DNA of 63,989 bases, the filler included, from Candidatus Rokuibacteriota bacterium (GTDB lineage Bacteria; JAUVQV01; DATDCY01): assembly GCA_031406795.1 (NCBI GenBank). It is 6 parts of 6 records of this genome, joined end to end, with 100 filler letters (N's around TTAATTAATTAA, not from the genome) between each part and the next. Parts side by side here need not be neighbours in the genome. Positions count along the whole stretch, not along the records: positions 29,080 to 49,477 come from JANOHV010000169.1; 5 more parts are not named here. One strand, 5' to 3'. The translations under genes were made by a program, and so were the position numbers. The notes under the pieces were generated by a model. It did no database searches and had not been told where the DNA came from. It saw only the letters and a list, made by a program, of their open reading frames with translations. This document shows, piece by piece, positions 38,071 to 47,591 of the stretch. Numbering within the stretch: position 1 is the first letter of the stretch; each line of letters opens with the position of its first letter.

Positions 38071-40056
38071 TCAAGTCAACGAATCACGGGCCCGCAGATC
38101 GGGGGGAGTGTGCAAGCGCGGCGGGTGCGGCGCGGAGAGGCTGTGTTCCTCGCGGGCCGGACGGCGGCCGCACGGAGCCTTCGCCCCCCCGGGGAGCCGC
38201 ACGGTCACCGTCGTCCCCTGCCCCGCCCCCGCCGAGGTGATGGCGATGCCGCCGCCGAGGTCCTGCGCGATCATCCTGCAGATCGTCAGGCCGACGCCGC
38301 TGCCCTCGGCCGACGCGGAAGCCTGCCAGAAGCGCTCGAAGGCGCGCTCGAGCTGCCCGGCGGCGAAGCCGATCCCGTTGTCGGCCACGCGCACGACCGC
38401 CTGTCCCTCCTCCTCGGCAAGGGCGATGCCGATCTCCGGCGCCCGGCCCGGCGAGCGGTACTTGATCGCGTTGTCCACCAGGTTCGAGAACAGACAGTGG
38501 AGAATCTCGCGGTCCGAGCTGAGCGAGAGCGGCTGCATCGCGCAACGCACGATCACCCCGTGGGCCTCGATCGCGAAAGCGCGATCCTCCAGCACCTCGC
38601 CGAGCACCTCGTCGAGCCGCACCGGCGCGAGCGTGTACCGGCGCCCCCCGGCCTCCAGGCGCGCCAGGTCGAGAATATTGTTGATCATCTTCTGCTGCCG
38701 CGTGATCGAGGAGGCCATCACCCCAAGCACGCGTTCGGTTTCGCGCTCCAGCCCGTGCCTGCGCACGATGTCGCGCAGGATCTCCAGTTGCATGGCGTGT
38801 TTGGCGACGGGCGTCTTGAATTCGTGCGTTACGTCGCGGATCAGCCCGTCCTTCATCGTGTCGAGCGTGCGCAATTCCCGGTTCTGCCGCTCCAGCTCCT
38901 CCTTCGCCTGCTGCAATTCCCGGGCGGCCGCGACCCGCGCGGTGATCTCGCGGGAGACTTCGATGCCGGCCACGATCCGGCCCATGGCGTCGCGGATGCA
39001 GGAGGCGGTGATTTCCATGACTGCGCCGTCGTCCGCCCGCGGACGCTCCATCCGGTGCACGCCCCCGTCGGCGAACGCGAGGTCGACGGGGCACCCCGGG
39101 CAGGGCGAAGGGGCATTGGCGTAAGCCTGGTAGCAGAGATCACCGACGTGTCGGCCCAGCAGCGCGCGGTGCACCCGGTTCTGGTAGAGGATCCGGAAGC
39201 CCGCGTCCTGGACGCTGACCGCGTCGCCGATGGCGTCGAGGATCGCCTCGGTGCGCCTGCGCTCGTCTTCCGTCAGGTTGATGACGGTCTGCAGGTCCGA
39301 GAGGGCCTCGTCGCGCTCGCCCGCAAGCTGGCGCAGGTAGATGACGGCGAGCAGGGCGATTCCGGCCAGGTGCAGCACGTGCCGCACCGGCGCGAGGACA
39401 TCGCGCTGCGGCTCGGCGGAGGCCAGGTTCAGCAGCGTCAAGACCTCGTCGAGAAAGAAGCACCCGATCGCCGCCAGCAGCAGCAGGCGCAGCCAGCCGC
39501 GCAGCCGGGTCCCGAGCGCCAGGCCCCAGCCGAGCATGGCGGCCGTCGCGAGACTGAAGACCCAGTCCTGCCAGGTTTCACCGAACTCGACGCTCGGGAA
39601 GACCAACGCGGTGCGGGCCCAGGGCAGCGCGGTCACCAGGAAGATGGCCATCGCCCCGCCGACGCCCAGCATCAGAAAGCGGCGGCCGCCGCCGCGCGAG
39701 CCGAGGGTGCCGCGCAGCAGCCCGGCAGCCACGGTGCAGACGGCCGCCATCTGCAGCGCGTGCTCGAGCGGAGGAAAGAACGGGTGCAGCGCGGCAAGCG
39801 GCAGCAGGCCGGAGACGGCGAGCGAGTACACGACGAACATCACGGCCTCGCGCACCAGTCCGACACCGAAGCCCCAGGCGAGGAGCGTCTCGTGCGGTAT
39901 CTGTTCCTCGCGGCGGCGCTTGAGGGCGTAGGCGAGCAGGAAGCCCCAGAGGATGGCGCCGAGCCCGAAACGCACCAGCTCGTTTTCCGGGCCGCCGCGC
40001 CCGCCCCCGACCTGCGCGAAAAGCGTCAGCCAATACTCCTGGAAGCGATCCGCCAC
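38071..40056 (-). CDS. Multi-TM PAS sensor histidine kinase
   Basis: Hydrophobic N-terminus, PAS with CY..PCPGCP, THEFKTP H-box, NLVDNAIKY, DNGIG, GSGVGL. Confidence 0.88.
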   Translation of the reverse strand: MADRFQEYWLTLFAQVGGGRGGPENELVRFGLGAILWGFLLAYALKRRREEQIPHETLLAWGFGVGLVREAVMFVVYSLAVSGLLPLAALHPFFPPLEHALQMAAVCTVAAGLLRGTLGSRGGGRRFLMLGVGGAMAIFLVTALPWARTALVFPSVEFGETWQDWVFSLATAAMLGWGLALGTRLRGWLRLLLLAAIGCFFLDEVLTLLNLASAEPQRDVLAPVRHVLHLAGIALLAVIYLRQLAGERDEALSDLQTVINLTEDERRRTEAILDAIGDAVSVQDAGFRILYQNRVHRALLGRHVGDLCYQAYANAPSPCPGCPVDLAFADGGVHRMERPRADDGAVMEITASCIRDAMGRIVAGIEVSREITARVAAARELQQAKEELERQNRELRTLDTMKDGLIRDVTHEFKTPVAKHAMQLEILRDIVRRHGLERETERVLGVMASSITRQQKMINNILDLARLEAGGRRYTLAPVRLDEVLGEVLEDRAFAIEAHGVIVRCAMQPLSLSSDREILHCLFSNLVDNAIKYRSPGRAPEIGIALAEEEGQAVVRVADNGIGFAAGQLERAFERFWQASASAEGSGVGLTICRMIAQDLGGGIAITSAGAGQGTTVTVRLPGGAKAPCGRRPAREEHSLSAPHPPRLHTPPDLRARDSLT

Positions 40057-40192
40057 CCGCCCTCCCGCAATGCTCTCTGCGCCGGGGAGCCATCCTACAC
40101 GAGGAACGGCCAAGTGTCGCCGGTGTGGACAACGGCTCCGCCGTGGTGCTATACACACCTGAAGCACACCATCCAGGAAGGGGAACGCGCTC

Positions 40193-40447
40193 ATGGCATC
40201 GCCGCACGTGAAGATGTACACGCTGAGTACCTGTCACCACTGCAAGGCCGCCAAGAAATTCCTGGCCAATTGCGGCGTTGAGTTCGAATTCACCGACGTG
40301 GACCAGTTCACCGGGGCCGAACGCGAGGCGATCATCGCCGAGGTCCGCCGCCTCAACCCCGAGTGTTCATTCCCGACGATCATCATCGGGGACCAGATCA
40401 TCATCGGCAACAATGAGGAGAACATCCGCAAGGCGCTCGGGCTGTGA
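40193..40447 (+). CDS. Glutaredoxin/NrdH-like redoxin
   Basis: YTLSTCHHC, SFPTIII. Confidence 0.9.
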   Translation: MASPHVKMYTLSTCHHCKAAKKFLANCGVEFEFTDVDQFTGAEREAIIAEVRRLNPECSFPTIIIGDQIIIGNNEENIRKALGL

Positions 40448-40776
40448 GCGACATCGAGCGCTTCCGCGAGATGATCCGCCAGGGGCAGGAGCCCCAGGGT
40501 TACTTCTTCAACCCGGACGACGAACTCGTCGACGAACTGATCGGCGCCCTGCTTGTGAACCGGGCGCGGTACGGGTACATGGCCTGCCCCTGCCGCCTCG
40601 CCTCCGGCGTGCGCGAGAAGGACCGCGACATCATGTGCCCCTGCGTGTACCGTCCTCCGGATGTCATGGAGTATGGCAGCTGCTATTGCGGGCTGTACGT
40701 TTCCGCGGCCTTCAAAGCGGGAGAAGTGCCGAAGCGGCGGGTCCCCGAGCGCCGGCCGCCGGAGAAGGTGCTCTAG
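40444..40776 (+). CDS. Ferredoxin-thioredoxin reductase catalytic subunit-like protein
   Basis: CPCR...CPC...CYCGLY motif set. Confidence 0.92.
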   Translation: MSDIERFREMIRQGQEPQGYFFNPDDELVDELIGALLVNRARYGYMACPCRLASGVREKDRDIMCPCVYRPPDVMEYGSCYCGLYVSAAFKAGEVPKRRVPERRPPEKVL

Positions 40777-41871
40777 TTAGAAACCGAACCGCTCGACGAT
40801 CAGGCGTGCGGCCTCGCGCGCGCCGTCGGCGAAGCGCTCGGGAGGCCGGCCGAGATCGAGCAACTCCGGGAGTCGCCGCACCCACTCGCCCGAGGCGAAC
40901 TCCTCCGCGGCCAGGCGCACACCCCGGCCCCGGTCGCACAGCCAGCGGGCGAGAACGCTCGACTCCCGGAACCCCGGCCGGGGCACGAACCCGTACGGCA
41001 CGCGCGAGCGACAGGTCTCCGCGAGAGTGCTGTAGCCGATCTTCCCGACCACCGCGTCCGCGGCCGCGACGAGGTCCGGGTGGTAGCAGCCGGAGTGGTG
41101 TGGCAGCAGCAGCACGTTGCCGACCCTGCGCAACCGGCGTGATGATCCCGCCAGGATGAACTCCACTTTCGGGAGAGCGAGCAGCGGCTGCAGCGAGAAA
41201 CCGCCGTGCGGGATCCCCCCCATGGTGACCAGCACCGCGGGGCGGCGCGGTGCGATGCCCAGCGCCGCTCGCGTTTCGGCGCGGGCGGCGCGCGGGCGGC
41301 GGCTGATCGGCCCGACCGTCGCCGTCCCGGCCGCCGGCAGGCAGACCGGCCGGGCTTGCACCCGCAGATCGGCACGAGAGACGAGGCCGTCGAGAAGTTC
41401 GGCGAAGGGGAGCAGCCCCGGCTCGCGCGCGGCGCAGCCCCGATAGATCCACCCCCAGGTGAAATTCTCCACCAGGACACTGGGGAGCCCGGCAGCCTGC
41501 GCCACCGCGATGCCGAGCGGCGCGATGTCGCAGATGACGACGCGGCATCCAAGGCGCGACAACCGGCCGGCCAGCCGCGCAACCAGGGCGCTCCTGGGCG
41601 GGTAAACCTCGCGCAGGCGCGCGACGGTCGCCGGGAGGTCCTCACCAAGCGGCCCGCGCTGGACCAGCCCGACGTCGGACGCGAGGGGGTGGAGCGAAAA
41701 GCTTCGCTCCAGCGATTCGCTGAAGAACCAGCGCGACACGTTGGTGAACAAGTGCGGCTGGAGGCCCGGGCGGAGTTCGCCGAGGGCCCCGATGACCGCA
41801 GCGGCGCGGGCCGCGTGCCCGAAACCGTGCGGCGTGATGAAGCAGGCGACCCCCGAACGACCCGCGGACAC
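40777..41871 (-). CDS. GT-B fold glycosyltransferase-like protein
   Basis: ITPHGFGHAAR, ENFTW, VVGKIGYSTLAE, PRPGFRE. Confidence 0.75.
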   Translation of the reverse strand: MSAGRSGVACFITPHGFGHAARAAAVIGALGELRPGLQPHLFTNVSRWFFSESLERSFSLHPLASDVGLVQRGPLGEDLPATVARLREVYPPRSALVARLAGRLSRLGCRVVICDIAPLGIAVAQAAGLPSVLVENFTWGWIYRGCAAREPGLLPFAELLDGLVSRADLRVQARPVCLPAAGTATVGPISRRPRAARAETRAALGIAPRRPAVLVTMGGIPHGGFSLQPLLALPKVEFILAGSSRRLRRVGNVLLLPHHSGCYHPDLVAAADAVVGKIGYSTLAETCRSRVPYGFVPRPGFRESSVLARWLCDRGRGVRLAAEEFASGEWVRRLPELLDLGRPPERFADGAREAARLIVERFGF

Positions 41872-41997
41872 GGTATCCCCCCCTCCCGACGGACCATCGT
41901 GCCTCGCGCACTCGCCCGAGTCAAAGGCGGCGAATGCCGGGCGCCGCCGCCGGACAGCCCGGTTGACATACCCGCGGCGCCGGGCGAAGATCCTCTC

Positions 41998-42615
41998 ATG
42001 GCGGCACAGAATAACCAAGCGCGGGCGGGGCGTTGCGGCCCGGGCAAGCCCCTGCGGATACGCGGCACCAGCCCCTCGAGCGCGACCTGCCGGCGGCTGC
42101 TCGCGGCGCACGGCGTCCCGACGCACATCCGTCGCCACTCCGCCCAGGTCGCCCGGGTCGCCCGCGCCATCGCCGAGGCTTTGCACGAGCAGGGCGAGGC
42201 GGTGGACGTCGGGCTCATCGAGGCCGCCGCGCTGCTGCACGACATCGCCAAGGCACCCTGCCTCCAGAGTCATCTCGACCACGCCGCCGAAGGCGGCCGG
42301 GTGCTGCGCGAGCTGGGGCTCGAGGCGGTGGCGGCGATCGTCGAGCGGCACGTGCACCTGGGCAACTGGAACCCCCGCGGAACGGTGACGGGCGCCGAGG
42401 TGGTGAACTACGCCGACAAGCGCGTGCTCTACGTCCGGGTCGTCAGCCTGCCCGAGCGCTTCCGCGACCTGATCGTGCGCTACGGCAAGGGCCGCACCGA
42501 CATCGAAGAGCGCATCCGGCGCAACTGGGCGACCATGGAGCTCGTCGAGGCGAAGATCTTCGGCCGGCTGCCGATCGATCCCGCCGATGTCGGCGGGCGA
42601 AGGAAGGCGCGGTGA
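41998..42615 (+). CDS. HD-domain (HDIG) phosphohydrolase
   Basis: HIRRHS, AALLHDIAK, VNYADKRV. Confidence 0.85.
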   Translation: MAAQNNQARAGRCGPGKPLRIRGTSPSSATCRRLLAAHGVPTHIRRHSAQVARVARAIAEALHEQGEAVDVGLIEAAALLHDIAKAPCLQSHLDHAAEGGRVLRELGLEAVAAIVERHVHLGNWNPRGTVTGAEVVNYADKRVLYVRVVSLPERFRDLIVRYGKGRTDIEERIRRNWATMELVEAKIFGRLPIDPADVGGRRKAR

Positions 42616-43325
42616 CGGCCGGCACGCGCCGCATCGGCATCTACGGGGGGACTTTCAACCCCATCCATCTCGCGCATTTGGCCCTCGCCGAGGAGATCCG
42701 CGAGCGTCTCGAGTTGGAGCGCGTGCTGTTCGTACCCGCGAATCTCCCGCCGCACAAGGGGGAGCGCCTCCCCTCCGGGGCCGAGCGCCTCGCCATGGTG
42801 CGCCTGGCAATCCGCGGCAATCCCGGTTTCGGCGCGGTCGACCTCGAGGTACGCCGGGGCGGCCGCTCCTTCACCGTCGAGACCCTGCGCGAACTGTCGC
42901 GCCGCCTGCCGGCGGGGACGCGGCTGGTGTTTCTCATCGGTATGGACGCTTTCGAGGAGATCGGCTCCTGGCACGAGGCCGACGCGCTGGCCGCCGGGGC
43001 GGACTTCGCGCTTTTCCCGCGGGTCGGCCACCCGCTCGCCGACCCGCGCCGCCACGCCCCGAAGGCCTGGGGACTCACGGCGCCGCGGCGGGTGCCGGGA
43101 GGCGGTCAGTCCTGGCGGACGGCCGCCGGCACGCGCGTCTTCCTGCTGCCGACCGAGCAGTACTCGCTCTCAGCGTCCACGATTCGAGCCCGCGTCGCCC
43201 GCGGCGCGTCGATCCGCTATCTCGTCCCATCGGCCGTCGAGCGCGCGATCGCCCGCGGCGGCCTCTATCGTCGCACCACCAGGACATCCCGCGGGACACT
43301 CCCGCGGCACACGAAAGGAGCCTGA
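42612..43325 (+). CDS. nadD: Nicotinate-nucleotide adenylyltransferase
   Basis: GIYGGTFNPIHLAH, PPHK, FLIGMD, SASTIR. Confidence 0.95.
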   Translation: MTAGTRRIGIYGGTFNPIHLAHLALAEEIRERLELERVLFVPANLPPHKGERLPSGAERLAMVRLAIRGNPGFGAVDLEVRRGGRSFTVETLRELSRRLPAGTRLVFLIGMDAFEEIGSWHEADALAAGADFALFPRVGHPLADPRRHAPKAWGLTAPRRVPGGGQSWRTAAGTRVFLLPTEQYSLSASTIRARVARGASIRYLVPSAVERAIARGGLYRRTTRTSRGTLPRHTKGA

Positions 43326-43976
43326 ATGGCAACAGTCCGGGAACTGGTTCGCCTCGCAGTCCGCGCTGCGGAAGAGAAAAAGGCCAAGGACGTGAAGGCC
43401 ATCGACATTCGTGGCCTCTCGGCGGTGACCGATTACATGATCATCGCCACGGGAAGCTCGGACACCAACGTCCGCGCCATCGCCGAAGGTGTTCGCGAAA
43501 AACTCCTCGAAAAGGGCGAGCGACCATTCTCCCAGGAAGGAGTCCAGGAGGGCTCCTGGGTGCTGCTGGACTACGTGGATTTCGTGGTCCACGTCTTCCA
43601 CTACGAGAAGCGGCTCTACTTCGGCCTGGAGGAGCTCTGGGCGGACGCCAAGGCGGTGCCCGTCGCCGACATTGCCGCGCGCAAGTCCGCGGACCGCTCC
43701 GGCACGAGCCCCGCCGCGAGACCCGCCGCACGGATCGCCGCGAAGGACGCGCTGCCGCCGGTGCGGCGCACGGCGCTCAAACCCACGGGCAAGAAGAGCG
43801 CGGTGCCGAAGAAGGCCGCGCCGGGCAAGGCCGCTGCGCAGAAGCGCCCCGCCGCGGGGAAGAAAGCCGGCGCCTCGAAGAGCGCGCTCGCACCGAAGAA
43901 GGCAGGCGCGGCTGGCCGGTCGTCCGTGCCGAAACCGAAAAAGACCCCCGTGCCGAAACGCAAGACGAAGGACTGA
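43326..43976 (+). CDS. rsfS: Ribosome silencing factor with Lys/Ala/Pro-rich C-terminal extension
   Basis: EEKKAKD, DYMIIATG, WVLLDYVDFVVHVF, LEELWAD. Confidence 0.92.
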   Translation: MATVRELVRLAVRAAEEKKAKDVKAIDIRGLSAVTDYMIIATGSSDTNVRAIAEGVREKLLEKGERPFSQEGVQEGSWVLLDYVDFVVHVFHYEKRLYFGLEELWADAKAVPVADIAARKSADRSGTSPAARPAARIAAKDALPPVRRTALKPTGKKSAVPKKAAPGKAAAQKRPAAGKKAGASKSALAPKKAGAAGRSSVPKPKKTPVPKRKTKD

Positions 43977-43993
43977 CGCGGCGGTTCGCGGCC

Positions 43994-45610
43994 ATGACCC
44001 TTCTCTGGAAGCGCAGCCGGGCGTACGCGGATTTCCTGCCGCGCCACCATCCGGCGGCGGGACTGCTCGCGGGCGTCGCGGAACTGCGCGCCGCCGGCAA
44101 TTTCGCGTTCTCCCTCGCCCCCGACACGCTGCCCGAGCTGCGCCGGATCGCCCCCGACGTGCTCGCCGCGCTGCAGGAGCGGCACCGCGCGCTCGGTTCG
44201 CCGCCCGAGGTCTTCGCGAATCTGAGCCTGCTCGCCGACGGCGCCCCCGCGGTCGTCACCGGCCAGCAGGCGGGACTGCTCGGCGGTCCGCTCTTCACGC
44301 TGCTGAAAACCCTCACGGCGATCCGCACCGCCCGCGAGCTGACGGCGCGGCACGGGCGCCCCTTCGTGCCGGTCTTCTGGTCCGAGACCGAGGACCACGA
44401 CCTCGACGAGGTGAATCAGGCCTGGACGCTCGGCGCGCAGGGTCCCGCGCGCTTCTCCCTCCCCGTCGCCGAGGAGCACCGCGGCTCTCCCGTGGGGACC
44501 ATCCCCCTCGGCCCCGGCGCGGCCGCCTTCCTCGAGGAGTTCTTCGCTGCCTCCCCGGCCACGGAGTTCACCCCCCCGCTGCTGGCGGGACTGACCGAGG
44601 ACCTCCGCCGAAGCGCCGACTGGGGCACCTGGTTCTCGCGGCACCTGGACCGGCTTTTCGGCCGCCATGGCCTGGTCGTCGCCGACTCGATGGACCCGAA
44701 ACTCGCCGCCTGCGCGCGGCTGCTCTGGGCCCGCGTGCTCGAAGAGCCGCTGTCGCTGACCGACATCTGCCAGGAGCGGGGCCGCTGGCTCGCCGGACAG
44801 GGGTACAAGCCGATCCTGCAGAAGACGGAGCAGCGCACGCCGTTCTTCCTGCTCGAGGCGGGAAAGCGACTGCCGGTGAACTTCGAGCGCGGGGTGTTTC
44901 GCACCCCGCACGCCGACTACACCCTGATCGATCTGCTGCGCCGCCTCGACGACGCACCCGGCGATTTCTCGGCGGCGGTTCATCTGCGCCCGCAGCTGCA
45001 GGACTTCCTGCTGCCGACCGCGGCCTACATCGCCGGGCCGACCGAGCTGGCCTACTTCCTGCAGTTGCTCCCCGGGTATCGGGCGCTGGGCATCCCGGCC
45101 CCGACGATCGTGCTGCGCGCCAGCCTCACGCTCGTCGAGCCGGCCGTCGAGAAGATCCTCGAGCGCTTCGACATCGACCCCGGCGACCTGAGCGAGGGGA
45201 CCGATCGCGCCCTCACCGCGCTCGTGCGCCGCGAGCAGCGCTTCGCCGCGCCGGCGCTCTGGGAGCAAACGCGCGAGGCGGCGCTCAAGCCGGTCGCCGA
45301 TCTTGCCGCGGACCTCGCCGCGGAGCACCCCGACCTGGCGCAACGCGCCGAGCAGACGCGCGGCAAAGTCGATTTCCTCCTCAAGGAACTCGAGTCGCGT
45401 TCGCTCGCGGAACTGCGGAAGAAATCCGAACTGGCGCGCGACCAGCTCGAGCGCGCCCGGGCCCGGCTCTATCCGAACGGCGTGCTCCAGGAGCGCACGC
45501 TTTCCGCGTATTATTTCCTCGGCAAGTACGGCCCGGGGCTGGTTGAGCAGCTCCTCGAGGGGCTGCCGCGGGACACGGCGCAGCATCATTTCGCGACGAT
45601 CGCGCCCTGA
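43994..45610 (+). CDS. bshC: Bacillithiol biosynthesis cysteine-adding enzyme
   Basis: VVTGQQAGLLGGPLFTLLK, PVFW..EDHDLDE, LRP..QD.LLPT..YIAGPTELAY, LQER. Confidence 0.93.
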   Translation: MTLLWKRSRAYADFLPRHHPAAGLLAGVAELRAAGNFAFSLAPDTLPELRRIAPDVLAALQERHRALGSPPEVFANLSLLADGAPAVVTGQQAGLLGGPLFTLLKTLTAIRTARELTARHGRPFVPVFWSETEDHDLDEVNQAWTLGAQGPARFSLPVAEEHRGSPVGTIPLGPGAAAFLEEFFAASPATEFTPPLLAGLTEDLRRSADWGTWFSRHLDRLFGRHGLVVADSMDPKLAACARLLWARVLEEPLSLTDICQERGRWLAGQGYKPILQKTEQRTPFFLLEAGKRLPVNFERGVFRTPHADYTLIDLLRRLDDAPGDFSAAVHLRPQLQDFLLPTAAYIAGPTELAYFLQLLPGYRALGIPAPTIVLRASLTLVEPAVEKILERFDIDPGDLSEGTDRALTALVRREQRFAAPALWEQTREAALKPVADLAADLAAEHPDLAQRAEQTRGKVDFLLKELESRSLAELRKKSELARDQLERARARLYPNGVLQERTLSAYYFLGKYGPGLVEQLLEGLPRDTAQHHFATIAP

Positions 45611-45634
45611 GGATTTCGTAGCCAGCTGGAGACG

Positions 45635-46417
45635 ATGATGGCACCACCAAAGGCCCCGACGACCCCCTTCTCCACCTGCAACTTTCCGGCGAAGCGCAGC
45701 ATCGGCGCAACCTCCGGGTGCGACCTGCTCGCGTTCGGTCCGCACCCCGACGACGTCGAACTGGTCATCGGCGGCACGGTCGCCGCCTGCGCCAAGGCCG
45801 GCTTGCGCGTAGTCGCGATCGAGATGACGCGCGGCGAAAGCGGCACGCGCGGGGACGCGGTGACCCGCGAGCGCGAGGCCTGCCGCGCCGCGAAGATCCT
45901 CGGGCTCGCCGGGCGCGAGAATCTCGGCCTCCCCGACGCCCACCTGGAATTCACGCTCGAATACCGCCACGCGGTCGCCGACGCGATCCGGCGGCACCGC
46001 CCCGAGGTCGTGCTCGCCCCCTGGTACGAAGACGCCCACCCCGACCACGCCATCGCCGGACGGCTCGTGCAGGCGGCGTTCTTCGAGGCGCGGCTAAAGA
46101 AACTCGCCGGGCCGGAGGGGCCGTGGTTCGCGCGGCTGCTCTACTACTATCCCTGCCGCAACTACCGCCAGCCCGACCTGGTCGTCGATGTCACGGAGGT
46201 CTGGAAGCTCAAGAAGAAGGCGATGTACGCCCACCGCTCGCAGGTCGGCAGCCGCTCGGTGCGCGCCGCGGGCTCGAGCGACGTCTTCGCGAACGTCGAG
46301 TTCCGCGACCGCCACTATGGCGCGCTGATCGGCCGCCCCTTCGGCGAGGGCCTGATCGCCAGCGCGCCGCTGCCGGTGACCGACCCGCGCCAGATGCTCT
46401 TCGGAGAACGCCGGTGA
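45635..46417 (+). CDS. bshB1: Bacillithiol biosynthesis deacetylase (PIG-L family)
   Basis: FGPHPDDVEL, TRGESGTRG, HPDH, AHRSQ. Lies between bshC and bshA. Confidence 0.9.
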   Translation: MMAPPKAPTTPFSTCNFPAKRSIGATSGCDLLAFGPHPDDVELVIGGTVAACAKAGLRVVAIEMTRGESGTRGDAVTREREACRAAKILGLAGRENLGLPDAHLEFTLEYRHAVADAIRRHRPEVVLAPWYEDAHPDHAIAGRLVQAAFFEARLKKLAGPEGPWFARLLYYYPCRNYRQPDLVVDVTEVWKLKKKAMYAHRSQVGSRSVRAAGSSDVFANVEFRDRHYGALIGRPFGEGLIASAPLPVTDPRQMLFGERR

Positions 46418-47565
46418 GCGCCCGCGCCGCCCGCCGCCGCACGAAGCTGCGACTCGCCGTCGTCTGCTACCCGACCTTCGGGGGCTCGGGTGTCGTCGCC
46501 ACCGAACTGGGCGTCGCGCTCGCCGGGCGCGGCCACCAGGTGCACGTGATCAGCACCGAATTTCCGGCGCGGCTGCGCATCGTCGACGGGCTCACCTTCC
46601 ACCGCGTACCCGTAGTCACCTACCCGCTCTTCCAGTACCCGCCCTACACGCTGGCGCTGGCGACCAAGGTCGCGCAGGTGATCCGTCAGGAGCGCCTCGA
46701 TCTGGTGCACGCGCACTACGCCATCCCGCACTCGGTGGCGGTCTTTCTCGGCCAGCAGATGGGCGGCTGCGAGGTCAGGACCGTGACGACGCTGCACGGC
46801 ACCGACGTGCAGCTCGTCGGCCTCGACCCCTCGTACTGGGAGATCACCCGCTTCGGCATGCTGCGCTCCTCGGGCCTGACCGCGGTGTCGCAGGCGCTCG
46901 CCGACACCACCCTGCGCGAATTCCACCTGGATCGCGAGGTGCGGGTCATCCCGAATTTCGTCGACACGAAGCGCTTCGCCCGCCCCCGGGACGCGAAGAA
47001 GCGCCGCGAGATCGCGCGCCCCGGCGAGCGGGTGCTGCTGCACGTCTCGAACTTCCGGCCCGTCAAACGCGTTTGGGAAGTCGTCGAGGTGTTTTCCCGC
47101 ATCGCCGCCAGGATTCCGTCTCAGCTGTACATGATCGGCGACGGCCCCGATCGACCGCGCGCGGAGGCTGCGGCGCGCGAACTGGGCGTCGAGAGCCGCG
47201 TGCACTGCCTCAAGACCATCAGCGACGTCGAGGAGTGGTACGGCGCCGCCGACCTGCTGCTGCACCCCTCCGAAATGGAATCCTTCGGCCTCGCGCCGCT
47301 GGAGGCGATGGCCTGCGGCGTCCCGGTGCTGGCCTACCGCGTGGGCGGTCTGCCCGAAGTCGTCGAGGACGGCAAGAGCGGGTATCTCCTGGACGTCGGC
47401 GATGTCGCGGGCCTGGCCGCTCGCGGCATCGAACTGCTCTCCGACCCCAGCCGCTGGGCGTCGTTCTCGCGGCGAGCCCGCCAGATCGCCGTGCAGCGTT
47501 TCGGCCAGGAAAAGATTGTCGACCGCTACGAAGAGTACTTTTTCGAGGTGCTGGGGCGGACGTAG
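46414..47565 (+). CDS. bshA: N-acetyl-alpha-D-glucosaminyl L-malate synthase
   Basis: CYPTFGGSGVVATELG, YPLFQYPPY, HAHYAIPH, TTLHGTD, HVSNFRPVKR. Confidence 0.95.
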   Translation: MSARAARRRTKLRLAVVCYPTFGGSGVVATELGVALAGRGHQVHVISTEFPARLRIVDGLTFHRVPVVTYPLFQYPPYTLALATKVAQVIRQERLDLVHAHYAIPHSVAVFLGQQMGGCEVRTVTTLHGTDVQLVGLDPSYWEITRFGMLRSSGLTAVSQALADTTLREFHLDREVRVIPNFVDTKRFARPRDAKKRREIARPGERVLLHVSNFRPVKRVWEVVEVFSRIAARIPSQLYMIGDGPDRPRAEAAARELGVESRVHCLKTISDVEEWYGAADLLLHPSEMESFGLAPLEAMACGVPVLAYRVGGLPEVVEDGKSGYLLDVGDVAGLAARGIELLSDPSRWASFSRRARQIAVQRFGQEKIVDRYEEYFFEVLGRT

Positions 47566-47591
47566 ACCCCGCCCGGCAAGCGCGAAAACGG

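Noticed and set aside
40193..40776. Glutaredoxin plus FTR catalytic subunit pair as a novel system
   Set aside because: This pairing is already known from anaerobic bacteria and archaea, so it is kept as a feature only.
42587..45610. Apparent 1007-aa BshC fusion, and similar N-terminal extensions on the thiL, DEAD helicase, cyclase and rpmB ORF calls
   Set aside because: The upstream parts are out-of-frame overlaps with neighbouring real genes. True starts were reassigned downstream.
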